Assembly (NCBI GenBank): GCA_963677765.1
Contig: OY782392.1
Span: 660,001-692,000 of the forward strand
Length of the DNA: 32,000 bases
Reading direction: 5' to 3'
Origin: Candidatus Saccharimonadota bacterium
GTDB taxonomy: Bacteria > Patescibacteriota > Gracilibacteria > BD1-5 > UBA6164
Each line of letters starts with the position of its first letter. Position 1 is the stretch's first letter. Below are positions 21,927-31,695 of this stretch, in pieces. The position numbers and the translations under genes are program-made. Below the pieces are notes generated by a model. It was not told where the DNA came from, ran no database searches, and saw nothing but the letters and a program-made list of their open reading frames with translations.

Positions 21927-22610
21927 TTGGAAAAACTTTATTCTTAATTGTATTCATAAATCCCTTAGATATACATTTTGTTCTGCTCATCTGTTGTATA
22001 TAGTATTTCATCTAACTACAGTTTCATTTTTGTGACTTATAACCTGTTGTCATAAAAGTCTTCTATTTTCAAAAGAGTTTCATGAATAATATTTTATTAC
22101 ATTATTTCAATCATAATGTATATAAAATTTATCACCTCTATTATATGTAGTTCTTATATTAAGCCATGAATTAACTTCATGATTTCTTATTTTTGAAAAA
22201 TCAATATTTACTTCATAAAAATTTCTACCTAAGTATTTAAAGTTTTCATTTCATCTAAATTCATAACTTCACATTTTTCATCAGATGATTTGAAAATCTC
22301 TAGGTCATAAATCTTCAAGTTCTTCTCTTAGATTTATTACTTGATTTCTTAATTCAGCTAGTTGATAAACATCATCATTTTCAAAATTTTCTTGTTTATT
22401 TTTTAGTAAATAATCTATAAATGTTTTAAAATCTATTTGATCTCAATTTGCTTGAATTAATCATAATAATCAATTATCAACTCATTCTTCGTATGATTTT
22501 TGAAGGTATGAATCTAGAAACCTTTGATATTTTGATTTCATTTCTCTTATTGTTTCAGCATTTTCGATTGAATTTGTTTGATTTCTATAAAAATCTGGTA
22601 CTTCAGACAT
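21912..22610 (-). CDS. Hypothetical protein (232 aa)
   Basis: The ORF is uninterrupted under table 25 (MSEVPDFYRNQTNSIENAETIREMKSKYQRFLDSYL...). The start/stop frame is consistent. I recognised no family. Confidence 0.6.
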
Positions 22611-22713
22611 ATTTTTAATATTATATTAATAATTATTTATATTTTAACATAAAAACTTTATATTTTCAAAAATCTAATATAATTGGATTAATTAAATAAT
22701 AATATATTATATA

Positions 22714-23364
22714 ATGTTTATAGTTATTGATTGATTAGATGGTTCTTGAAAATGAACTCAGGTTAAAATTATTGCTGATAATTTAAGAAAACTATGAAAA
22801 AGAGTAAAAGTTTTAGATTATCCTAGATACTGAGAAAAATCTGCTTTTTTTGTAGAAAAATATCTAAATTGAGAATATTGAAATAATATTTCAGCTAAGC
22901 AGGCTAGTATATTTTATGCTTTGGATAGATTTGATGATAGTTTCAACTTGAGAGAAGAATTAAAAGATTATGATTATATAATTAGTAATAGATATGTTTC
23001 TGCAAATATGATCCATCAAACAGGAAAAATATTTGATAAACAAGAAAGAAATGACTTTTTAGAATGGTTGGAAAATTTGGAATTTGATATAATGTGAATT
23101 CCTAGACCTGATAAAGTTATATTTCTCAATGTTAGTCCTGATATGAGTCAAAAACTTGTTTTAAAAAAAGAATCTAGAGATTATTTGAAGTGAGATAAAA
23201 AAATGGATTTACATGAAGAGGATAAAGACCATTTATCAAATGCTTATTTAGCTGCAATAGAGGTTGTAGAAAAATATAAATGGGTAAAAATAGATTGTGA
23301 AAAAAATTGAAATATGAGGTCAATCGAAGATATAAATAATGAAATAATGCAAAATATAATATAA
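22714..23364 (+). CDS. tmk: Thymidylate kinase (216 aa)
   Basis: MFIVIDGLDGSGKGTQVKIIADNL has the P-loop with its glycines encoded by TGA. Also present are ISNRYVSANMIHQ and the LID-region KKMDLHEEDKDHL. Confidence 0.9.
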
Positions 23365-23392
23365 AGCTCTCCTGTAACTTTTTATTTTAAAA

Positions 23393-23752
23393 ATGCAAAC
23401 TACAAAAAAAAAGGGGGATAATTGAGAATTAATAGCTATCAAATATTTACAAAATATTTGATATTCAATATTGGATTGTAATTTCAAATTTTGAAGATTT
23501 TGAGAAATTGATATTATTGCAAAATATAATAATATTATTTGTTTTATAGAAGTTAAATATAGGACTAATATTAGATATTGAATTTGAGAAGAATCAATAA
23601 CAAAAAACAAATTATTTAAATTGAAAAAGAGTATTGATTATTATGTTTTGGTAAATAATTTAAATTATGAAAACATAAGATTTGATGTTATTAGTATTTT
23701 AAAAATGTCAGATAAATATAGATTAAAACATTATAAAAACTTAGAAATATAA
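23393..23752 (+). CDS. yraN: YraN family (UPF0102) endonuclease-like protein (119 aa)
   Basis: [53 protein letters not shown]...IRFDVISI matches the UPF0102 pattern G-x-x-GE...GEIDLIA...VEVK...RFDVI. Confidence 0.85.
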
Positions 23753-23756
23753 AAAT

Positions 23757-24422
23757 ATGAATACAAGTGATAAGTATAAAAAAACAAATTGATATATACA
23801 AAAAGTAGAAGATCATGAAAATATTATAAATATAGAGAAAGAAGCATTTGATAATAAATGAAAATGGTCTGAGTATTTTGCTAATGATAATGATATAGTT
23901 TTAGAGATATGAACATGATTAGGAAACTTTTTTTCTGATGAAGTTTCATCTAATCCAGATAAAAACTATATTTGAAAAGAAATTAGATTTAAAAGGCTTT
24001 TTGTTACTGCTGAAAAAACTTTAAAAAAATGATGAAAAAATTTTGTTTTAGTAAAAACTATGTGACAAAATATAGATAAAGTATTTGCAGATTGAGAATT
24101 AAGTTTAACATATGTATTTTTTCCAGATCCATGGGCTAGAAAGGATAGACAAAGAAAGCATAGATTATGGAATGAAAAATTTGTTTCAGATCTTTATGAT
24201 AAAACTAAAAAGTGATGAAAAGTTATTTTTAAAAGTGACCATAGAGAATACTTTGATTCTACATTAGAAATAATTAATGATTTTTGAAAATGGAATATAG
24301 ATAAATTATCATATGATTATGAAAATGAAACAGAAGCATTTGATAAAAAAAGATTAACTGAGTTTGAAGTAATATTTAGAAGCCAAAAAATTAAAATAAA
24401 TTATATAGAACTTAGGAAATAG
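23757..24422 (+). CDS. trmB: tRNA (guanine46-N7)-methyltransferase TrmB (221 aa)
   Basis: SAM motif VLEIGTGLGNFF, then NYIGKEIR, and FFPDPWARKDRQRKHRLW (the TrmB signature FPDPW-x-K-x-RH-x-KRR). Confidence 0.9.
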
Positions 24423-24451
24423 AACTATCTAAAATAATTAGATAGTTTTTT
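24423..24451 (+). terminator. Rho-independent terminator after trmB
   Basis: The stem aactatcta / tagatagtt has a 7-nt loop and then TTTT. Confidence 0.65.
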
Positions 24452-24543
24452 ATATAAAAAATTTTACAAAAGAAAAAAAATATATAAAATACATCTACTA
24501 TATAAAGTATAGTAAATTTATTAATTAGTAAGAACTTAATAAT

Positions 24544-25176
24544 ATGTCAGAAATTATAAATGATTTAAACTGGAGATATGCTACAAAAAGCTTCGACACA
24601 TCAAAAAAAGTATCAGATGAGGATTTACAAGAGATAGTAGATTCATTTAGATTAACTCCATCTAGTTTTGGTTTAGAACCATGGAAATTAATTGTGGTTG
24701 AAACTCAAGAAATAAAAAATAAATTAAAAGAATTTAGCTTTAATCAATCTCAAATATCAGATAGTTCACATGTATTAGTTTTTTCTAGAGTAGTTGATTT
24801 AAACGATGAATATGTTGATAAATTTTTGGATAATCAATCTAAAATAACAGGTGCTTCTAGAGAAGATTTAGAAGGATATGAAAAAGTAATGAAATGATTT
24901 TTATGAAATCTAGATGAAAATTCAAAAATAATGTGGGCAAAAGAACAAGTAAATATAGCATTATGAAATGTAATGCATACTTTAGCTAGAAAAAAAATTG
25001 ATTCTTGTGCTATAGGTTGATTTGAACCAACAAAATATGATGAATTTTTAGGTTTAACAGAAAAATGACTAGCTTCAGTAGTTGTTTTACCAATTTGATA
25101 TAGAAAAAAAGACGATAAATATGCTATAATGCCAAAGGTAAGATTTAGTATAGATGATATAATGATAAAAATGTAA
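24544..25176 (+). CDS. NAD(P)H nitroreductase family oxidoreductase (210 aa)
   Basis: LNWRYATKSFDTSKKVSDEDLQEIVDSFRLTPSSFGLEPWKLIVV and the C-terminal SCAIGGFEP...VVVLPIGYRK are typical of the nitroreductase family. The gene extends track ORF 24544..24897 through TGA codons. Confidence 0.88.
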
Positions 25177-25178
25177 TA

Positions 25179-25409
25179 ATGAAAAAAATTATAAAGAAAA
25201 AATACTTTCAAATAGTAGCTTCAACTATAACTGCTTTACTAATGTCTTTTTTAATGTCAGCTTTTATTTTATTAATAAATGTCTGATTTACAGAAAATTT
25301 TTTTATAATGTGGTTTAGTTCTTGGATTACTGCATTTATAGTTGCTTGGCCTGTTGCTGTTTTTGTTATCCCTTTAGTTAGAAAAACTGTTGAGAAATTT
25401 ACTTATTAA
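25179..25409 (+). CDS. Small membrane protein, DUF2798-like (76 aa)
   Basis: Two hydrophobic helices (IVASTITALLMSFLMSAFILLIN, WFSSWITAFIVAWPVAVFVIPLV) match the DUF2798 layout. The gene starts 2 nt after the nitroreductase stop. Confidence 0.6.
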
Positions 25410-25421
25410 AAATAATAAAAT

Positions 25422-26678
25422 ATGACAAATAGTGTAAACCCATATGAAAGTGTAAAAAAACAAATGCAAGATGCTTGTATGCTTTCATGAAATTGTAGTG
25501 ATTTAACTTCTCAAATAGAAGTTATGTCTAACCCTAAAAGAGTTATAGAGGTAAATATACCTGTTAGAATGGATGATTGATCAGTAAAAACTTTTACATG
25601 ATTTAGAAGTCAACATAATGATTCTAGATGACCTTTTAAATGATGAATAAGATTTCATCAAGATGTTTCTAGAGATGAAGTAAAAGCTCTTTCTATGTGG
25701 ATGACTTTTAAATGTGCTGTTGTTGATATTCCGCTTGGTTGATGAAAATGATGAATTATAGTTAATCCAAAAGAATTATCAAACACTGAATTGGAAAGAT
25801 TATCAAGATGATATGTTAGAGAATTATATAAATATTTATGACCAGAACAAGATGTTCCTGCTCCTGATGTTAATACTAATCCTCAAATAATGGCTTGGAT
25901 GATGGATGAATACTCAAATTTAGTTTGAAAATATTCTCCAGGTTCATTTACAGGTAAACCATTAAGTGTTGGTTGATCAAAATGAAGATCTACTGCTACT
26001 GCTCAATGATGAGTATATTCATTATTAGAAATATTAGAATTAGAAAAAAAGTCAGTAAAAAATATGTCTTTTATCGTTCAATGAGCTTGAAATGCTGGTC
26101 TTACTTTTGCTAGTATACTTACATGATTATGAGCTAAATTGGTTGGTATATCTGATTCTAGAGGATGAGTGTATGATGAAAAATGATTAAATTTAGAAGA
26201 AATTATTGAATTAAAATGACAAAGAAAATCAATATCAGATTATAAATGATGAGAAAAAACTACTAGTGATGGTATATTAGAAAAAGAGTGTGATATACTT
26301 GTTCCTGCAGCACTAGAAAATCAAATAACTAGAGTTAATGCATGTAATGTAAAAGCAGATATAGTTTTAGAACTAGCTAATTGACCTGTTACTCCTGAAG
26401 CTGATGAAATCTTATTTAGCAATTGAAAAATGGTTATACCAGATATATTAGCTAATGCAGGTTGAGTAATGGTTTCTTATTTTGAACAAGTACAAAATAA
26501 TATGAATTTTTATTGGGAAGAAGATGAAATTGATCAAAAATTAAAAACTAAGATGAAAAAAGCAACTTTGGATGTTTATAATAAGACAAAAGAATTGAAT
26601 ACATCTATGAGAAACTGAGCATATGTTATATCTATGAAAAGAGTAATTGATGCTATGGATAATAGATGAGAACACTAA
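25422..26678 (+). CDS. gdhA: Glutamate dehydrogenase (Glu/Leu/Phe/Val dehydrogenase family, 418 aa)
   Basis: [34 protein letters not shown] is encoded ggt tga tga aaa tga tga at 25737-25754. [20 protein letters not shown] and ELANGPVTPEAD are also present. Confidence 0.95.
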
Positions 26679-26680
26679 AA

Positions 26681-26712
26681 AAATAGACTAGATTTTTACT
26701 AGTCTATTTTTT
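26681..26712 (+). terminator. Rho-independent terminator after gdh
   Basis: The 11-bp stem aaatagactag / ctagtctattt has a 7-nt loop and a T-run. Confidence 0.7.
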
Positions 26713-26782
26713 ATTTTTTCATTTATAGAAAAATTGAATATATTAGTTAGTATAATTTATAAATTAATAATAAATATAATAA

Positions 26783-28234
26783 ATGAGTTCAAATGAAACA
26801 GTTATAAGTTTTAAAAATGTAGACTTTAATTATGATATTAGAAAACCAATTTTAGATGAAGTAAACTTCAATGTAAGAAAATGAAGTAAAATTACTATTA
26901 TGTGACAAAATTGAGCATGAAAATCTACTATATTTAAATTGATAAATTGAAGTTTAGAAAAAAAATGATGAGTTATAAATATTGATCAAAATTTAACTAT
27001 AGCTACTTGATTTCAAGTTGTTTTACCTGAAGATAAAGAATTAAAAGTAGAAGAATTTTTTAGAAAATATTATCCTTGAGATGATTTTAATATTGATAGA
27101 CAAATATCAGATATTTTGAATGTAGTTAACTTAAAAGCTCCTTTAGATAAAAAGGTAAATGCCTTTTCATGATGACAACAAGCTAGGCTTTTACTTGCTG
27201 CAGCATTAATTCAAAATCCAGATATACTTCTTTTGGATGAACCAACTAATAATCTTGATAGAGAGGGGATATGGCATTTAACAGAGTTTTTACAAAATTA
27301 TAAAAAAACAGTTTTAGTAATTTCTCATGATGCAGAATTTTTAAATAGTTTTACAACAGGTGTATTATATTTAGATGTTCACACAAAAAATGTAGAACAA
27401 TTTGTCTGAAATTATCATGATGTAGTTGAAGAAATTGCAAGAAAAAAAGAAAAAGAAAATATGGCAAATGCTAGACTTGCAAAGGAAGCTCAAGCTAAGA
27501 AAGATCAAGCAGAAAAATTTGCACACAAATGATGAAAACTTAGACTTGTTGCAAAAAAAATGAGAGAAGCTGCTGCTGAAATGGAAGATGATATAGTTGA
27601 TGTTAGAAAAGAAGATAAAACTATAAGAAAATTTAAAATACCGGTACAAGAGTGAATAGGGGGTGTTTTACTAGAAATAAATTCTGTACATATTATTAAG
27701 GATGAACATGTAACAGAAAAAGAAGTTGATGTTCAACTTAGAAAAGATGATCATATTTTACTTAGTGGTCCTAATGGTATAGGTAAATCTACTTTGCTAG
27801 AAAAAATAGTTTCATGAAATGAAGAATGATGTAAATTAACTTCTTGAGTTAAAATAGGTTATTATAGACAAGATTTTTCTAACTTAGATTTTGAACAAAC
27901 TGTTTATGATTGTCTTAGAGCTGCTGCACCAGAAGAAATTTGAGAACAAGAATTAAGAAGTACTGCAGCATGATTTTTGATTACATGAGATATAATGAAA
28001 ACAAGAATTTGAGATTTATCAGAGTGACAAAAATGACTTGTAGCTTTTTGTAGAATTGTATTTTTAAGACCAGGTATCATTATATTGGATGAACCAACTA
28101 ATCATATAAACTTTAGACATATACCTGTTATTGCTGAAGCATTAAGTGATTTTGAATGATGAATGATTATGGTTTCACATGTAGATGAATTTGTATGGCA
28201 AATAAGAATTGATCAATACATAGATTTAGATTAA
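26783..28234 (+). CDS. ABC-F family ATPase with two ABC domains and no TM domain (483 aa)
   Basis: Domain 1 has GQNGAGKST, FSGGQQARLLLAAAL and ILLLDEPTNNLD. A charged linker follows (KKEKENMANARLAKEAQAKKDQAEKF). Domain 2 has GPNGIGKST, LSEGQKGLVAF and IIILDEPTNHIN. Confidence 0.92.
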
Positions 28235-28236
28235 AA

Positions 28237-28272
28237 AAATAGATTTCTTATTTAGAAGAAATCTATTTTTTT
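28237..28272. terminator. Bidirectional terminator shared by the ABC-F gene and the convergent yjjX-like gene
   Basis: The 13-bp stem aaatagatttctt / aagaaatctattt is flanked by an A-run and a T-run. The TAG stop of the minus-strand gene (28263-28265) lies in the right arm. Confidence 0.7.
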
Positions 28273-28805
28273 ATATAAAACTGATTATAAAATGTAGGTA
28301 TTGCACTTAAAAATGCAGATATAAATTGATCTTTTCTATTTAACATATCATCACTCCATGCTCAAAAAGCTCAGTTTTTCTTACTTGCATTTAAAATTCA
28401 AGTAGCTTTTTCTAAAACTTCTCATAATTCTTTTCAGTTTTTATATAATTCATTTTCAAAAAACTCAGGGACTTCCATCATATTTGAAAAACCAAAATGT
28501 CATTTGTTTTCTTTATCTAAAATATATACAACTCAAAATAAATAAGCTTTTTCTCATATATAACTTGTTCATCATTCCATTCATATATAAAAATCAGCAT
28601 CACTTATTTCTTTTTTAGAATTTATCGCTCTATTTTGTGCTCATTTCATATTTTCCTCAATACTTAAAGGCATATCACTTACTCAAGAACTTACTTTTAT
28701 TGTTTGTATTTCTATTTTTTTATTTTCAAAATATATACATCTTGATACAGCTTCTTCTATGGCATTAACTTTGGGAGGTGACATTGTTCATATAACTATT
28801 TTCAT
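28263..28805 (-). CDS. yjjX: Inosine/xanthosine triphosphatase, YjjX / NTPase (DUF84) family (180 aa)
   Basis: MKIVIGTMSPPKVNAIEEAV...VSSGVSDMPLSIEENMKGAQNRA...DFYIGMEGG matches the YjjX pattern (GS-x-NP-x-K...V-x-SGV-x-x-QP...GA-x-NRA...G-x-EGG). Confidence 0.8.
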
Positions 28806-28872
28806 AAATATATTTTTATATTATAAAATAATAAGTAAACTAATTTTTAGTTAGTTTTAATTTTATAAATAA

Positions 28873-29460
28873 ATGAATAATTTTCCAATAAAAAAATATT
28901 TTAAAAAAAGATATCTTGTTTTCTTTTTTTTAATATTGTTTTTTATATTTATGTGATTGTTATTAAGCTATTTTGATACTGATAAAATAGTAAATTATGT
29001 ATGAATAGAAAATACTTATCTTATAATATTTCTAATAGCGGCTATTTGAGGTTTTTCTAGTATTTCATGATATCCTTTGGTCGCAATAATGGCTACTTTT
29101 ATATCATGATGATCAAATCCGTTTTTTATATGAATACTTGCTTGAGTTTGAGTTATGTTTGGGGATTCTCTTTTTTATTATTTTTGATTAAAATCAAGAG
29201 ATATAATAGAATGAAAAACAAAAAAATATATAAAAATAATGTCTAAGTTTTTGAATTCAAAAAATAAATATATTACACCTATTATAATATATGTATATTC
29301 ATGATTAACTCCTTTACCAAATGATATATTAACAGTTTCTGTATGAATATCAGGTTATCCATATAAAAAGGCTTTTATACCTCTTTTTTTATGAAATCTA
29401 ACACATATGTTGATTTATTCTTATGTTATTTATATTTGAATAGAAGCTTTATCTAAATAA
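28873..29460 (+). CDS. Polytopic membrane protein with weak DedA/VTT-like resemblance (195 aa)
   Basis: The ORF is uninterrupted under table 25 and has several hydrophobic segments. GILAGVGVMFGDSLFYYFGLKSRD resembles the DedA G-x-x-x-G-D-x-x-x-Y-x-x-G motif. The family call is tentative. Confidence 0.5.
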
Positions 29461-29498
29461 AAGATAATAACTTTAGTTAGTTATTATCTTTTATTTTT
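29459..29498 (+). terminator. Rho-independent terminator after the membrane protein gene
   Basis: The 13-bp stem aaaagataataac / gttattatctttt has an 8-nt loop and a T-rich tail. Confidence 0.65.
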
Positions 29499-29541
29499 AA
29501 TGTATTAATAATATTTGAATTAAATAAATAACAAAAATTAA
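29491..29541. repeat. Direct repeat copy A (~50 bp), paired with 31048-31099
   Basis: ttatttttaatGtattaataatatttGaattaaataaataacaaaaattaa differs from copy B by 2 substitutions and one T in a T-run. Confidence 0.8.
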
Positions 29542-30179
29542 GTTAATAATCATTCTTCTCATGGACTTTTTCAAAAAATCTCTTTATATATTATATGTGG
29601 GTTATTAGCTCAAGAGTCATATATAGAGCTATAAATAGATTTTTTTTCATCAATACTATATTTTTTTCAGTTATCTATTTCATGATTTAATTTATAAATT
29701 AAATCATCATTTCATACATCTCTATTAGCAGTATATAATCTAAAATCTTTCATTCATAACTTATTTCATGAAACTTCCTTTAAGACAAATGAACTAATTT
29801 CATTAAGAATACCTTCATTATAAGAATTTATTAAAGTATCAAAAAATGCTTTTTTTCAATCAATTTCAGATAAATTAAGATTATCTACTTTTTTTATTAA
29901 ATAATTAATTGCAGCAGTTGTTTTTTCAACTCAATTCATATTTTTTATTTGTTCCTCATTAGGAGATTGATCAATTTTATTTCATATTGTATTTAACTCA
30001 TTTGCTAATGCTCATTTTAGCTCACCTGACATATTATTAATTGTATTTTTTTCTTCTAAACTAACATCCAAAGATTTATCTAAAGTTTCATTATTATTAG
30101 ATTGTCATTCAACGCCAGAAAAATATAAGAAATTTCCATAAAAAAGTATTTTTTTATATTTATTTATAAAATTAAACAT
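29538..30179 (-). CDS. Hypothetical protein, possibly secreted (213 aa)
   Basis: The ORF is uninterrupted under table 25 (MFNFINKYKKILFYGNFLYFSGVEGQSNNNETLDKS...). The N-terminus is hydrophobic. I recognised no family. The stop codon lies inside direct repeat copy A. Confidence 0.55.
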
Positions 30180-30188
30180 AGTATAAAA

Positions 30189-30526
30189 TTAAAAATTAAT
30201 AAGCTTATCCAAATCCTCCAATTCTTCTTTCCTTTCTTTTTCCTCATCAATTAAATGACTTTTAAGTCTATTTTTTATTGTGGAAATTTTATCAAGATTT
30301 TTTTTGTTATCTAAAGAATTTTGATAAACAATTGCTTCCATTATAGTTTTATATATATCATTTATTATATTAACATCTATATTTTTATTAGTTAATATTT
30401 TATTATATATATATATTCTATATCATTATTATCTTTTTTTAATTCAAATAATAAATTTAATACTCTCTTAACTTTATTATCATATGAAAGTAAATTAAAT
30501 TGATTTATCTTTTTTTCAAAATACAT
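30189..30526 (-). pseudogene. Small coiled-coil protein gene split into two frames (44 aa + 50 aa) at a (TA)n tract. It may be phase-variable, frameshifted, or an assembly error
   Basis: Frame A is ATG 30526 to TAA 30394-30392. Frame B is open from 30425, with its ATG at 30341 and stop at 30191-30189. Both frames are open across the (TA)6 tract. Loss of one TA unit would give a single 111-codon ORF. Confidence 0.4.
30404..30416. repeat. Dinucleotide repeat (TA)6T inside the split small gene
   Basis: The sequence tatatatatatat is read directly from the window at 30404-30416. Confidence 0.9.
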
Positions 30527-30586
30527 AATAAATAAATTAATATTATAATATAATATTACCTTATTTATTTTAAAATAACAAAAAAT

Positions 30587-30611
30587 AAAAGATAATTATT
30601 TATTATCTTTT
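30587..30611 (-). terminator. Hairpin terminator overlapping the stop of the lipoprotein gene
   Basis: The stem aaaagataat / attatctttt has a 5-nt loop and is T-rich downstream on the minus strand. Its arms are nearly identical to those of the hairpin at 29459-29492. Confidence 0.55.
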
Positions 30612-31039
30612 ATTTTTATTTCTTTTGTTATTTTGTTTTCTTCTAATCAACTAGGGTTTGCATTTTCAAAAATCAAAATTATATTACTTATATTTATATT
30701 TTCTATATCTATTTTAGATGAAAAATTAATATAATCACTAGTCATCCAGTTTTCATTTGTTTTTGCTATATTTTGTGATAATAAATTTTCTCAATCATAT
30801 AATTTTACAATGAAACTAGCTTCAAAAAACCATTTTCAAGTTGCACTTCAATTTATATGAATGTTTTTTTCTTCTATAGTTATTTCTCATTTAATTTCTT
30901 TTTGATTATCTTCAAACTCTAAAGTATTTTCTTTGTTTTCTAATGTTATATTTTTAGTTTCTTTTATTGGTTTTTGTTCTTTTATTATATAACAAGAACT
31001 CATTGTTAAGCTAATTAATAATATTATTAAGGTTTTCAT
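30596..31039 (-). CDS. Lipoprotein with a Gmad2-type immunoglobulin-like domain (147 aa)
   Basis: The signal plus lipobox-like sequence is MKTLIILLISLTMSSC. The domain motif GSATGKWFFEASFIVKLYDGENLL...NWMTSDYINFSSKI...ILIFENANPSGLEE matches the Gmad2 Ig-like family (WFFE ... W ... F ... NPSG). Confidence 0.7.
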
Positions 31040-31047
31040 AAGTTTTT

Positions 31048-31099
31048 TTATTTTTTAATATATTAATAATATTTAAATTAAATAAATAACAAAAATTAA
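31048..31099. repeat. Direct repeat copy B (~50 bp), paired with 29491-29541
   Basis: ttattttttaatAtattaataatatttAaattaaataaataacaaaaattaa lies in the divergent lipoprotein/gpx intergenic region. Confidence 0.8.
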
Positions 31100-31121
31100 A
31101 ATAAAAAACTTGTAAAAACTG

Positions 31122-31170
31122 ATAAACAGTTAATATTTATAGTATAGGATGATAAATATTAACTGTTTAT
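31122..31170. promoter_or_regulatory. Perfect 19-bp inverted repeat with an 11-nt spacer, ending 2 nt before the gpx ATG (candidate operator or 5-prime-UTR hairpin)
   Basis: ataaacagttaatatttat (31122-31140) is the exact reverse complement of ataaatattaactgtttat (31152-31170). The spacer is agtataggatg. Confidence 0.6.
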
Positions 31171-31172
31171 TT

Positions 31173-31652
31173 ATGAATGAATTATATAATTTAAAAGCAG
31201 AACTTCCATCGGGAGAATTAGTTAGTCTTGGAAAATATAAAGGGAAGGTAATTCTTATAGCAAATACAGCTAGTAAATGTTGACTTACTTATCAATATCA
31301 ATGATTAGAAGATTTATATAAAAAATATAAAGATGATTGATTAGTTGTTTTATGATTTCCATGTAATCAATTTGCAAATCAAGAACCTTGAGATGATAAT
31401 TCAATAAAACAAAATTGTTTGATTAATTATGGTGTTACATTTCCTGTATTTAAAAAAATAAAGGTTAATTGATATAATACTCATGAAATATTTGATTACT
31501 TAAAAAATAATTCTAATAGCTTTTTCTGAAAAAAAATAAAATGGAATTTTACAAAATTTCTTGTATCTAAAGATTGAAAAACTATTAAAAGATTTGCACC
31601 AATAGTTAAGCCTGAAAAATTAGAGTCACAAATAATTAAGTTTTTGAAATAA
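31173..31652 (+). CDS. gpx: Glutathione peroxidase, Cys-type (159 aa)
   Basis: NTASKCGLTYQYQGLEDLYKKY, LVVLGFPCNQFANQEPG, YGVTFPVFKKIKVNG and IKWNFTKFLV are canonical GPx blocks. The catalytic Cys is TGT (31278-31280), followed by a TGA-encoded Gly. Confidence 0.93.
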
Positions 31653-31695
31653 AAATTATAAATGAATAATTAAAAATATAATATAAAATAAAATA

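Noticed and set aside
23320-23610. Minus-strand ORF (96 aa)
   Set aside because: It is antisense to the tmk 3-prime end and to yraN. The plus strand gives a clear UPF0102 family protein under table 25.
24834-25211. Minus-strand ORF (125 aa). The same applies to 27371-27649
   Set aside because: These are antisense to the nitroreductase/DUF2798 genes and to the ABC-F gene respectively. They are low-complexity Phe/Ile/Ser-rich sequences.
31278-31283. Selenocysteine in the glutathione peroxidase
   Set aside because: The catalytic residue is a TGT Cys. The adjacent TGA aligns with the invariant Gly of the C-G-x-T motif.
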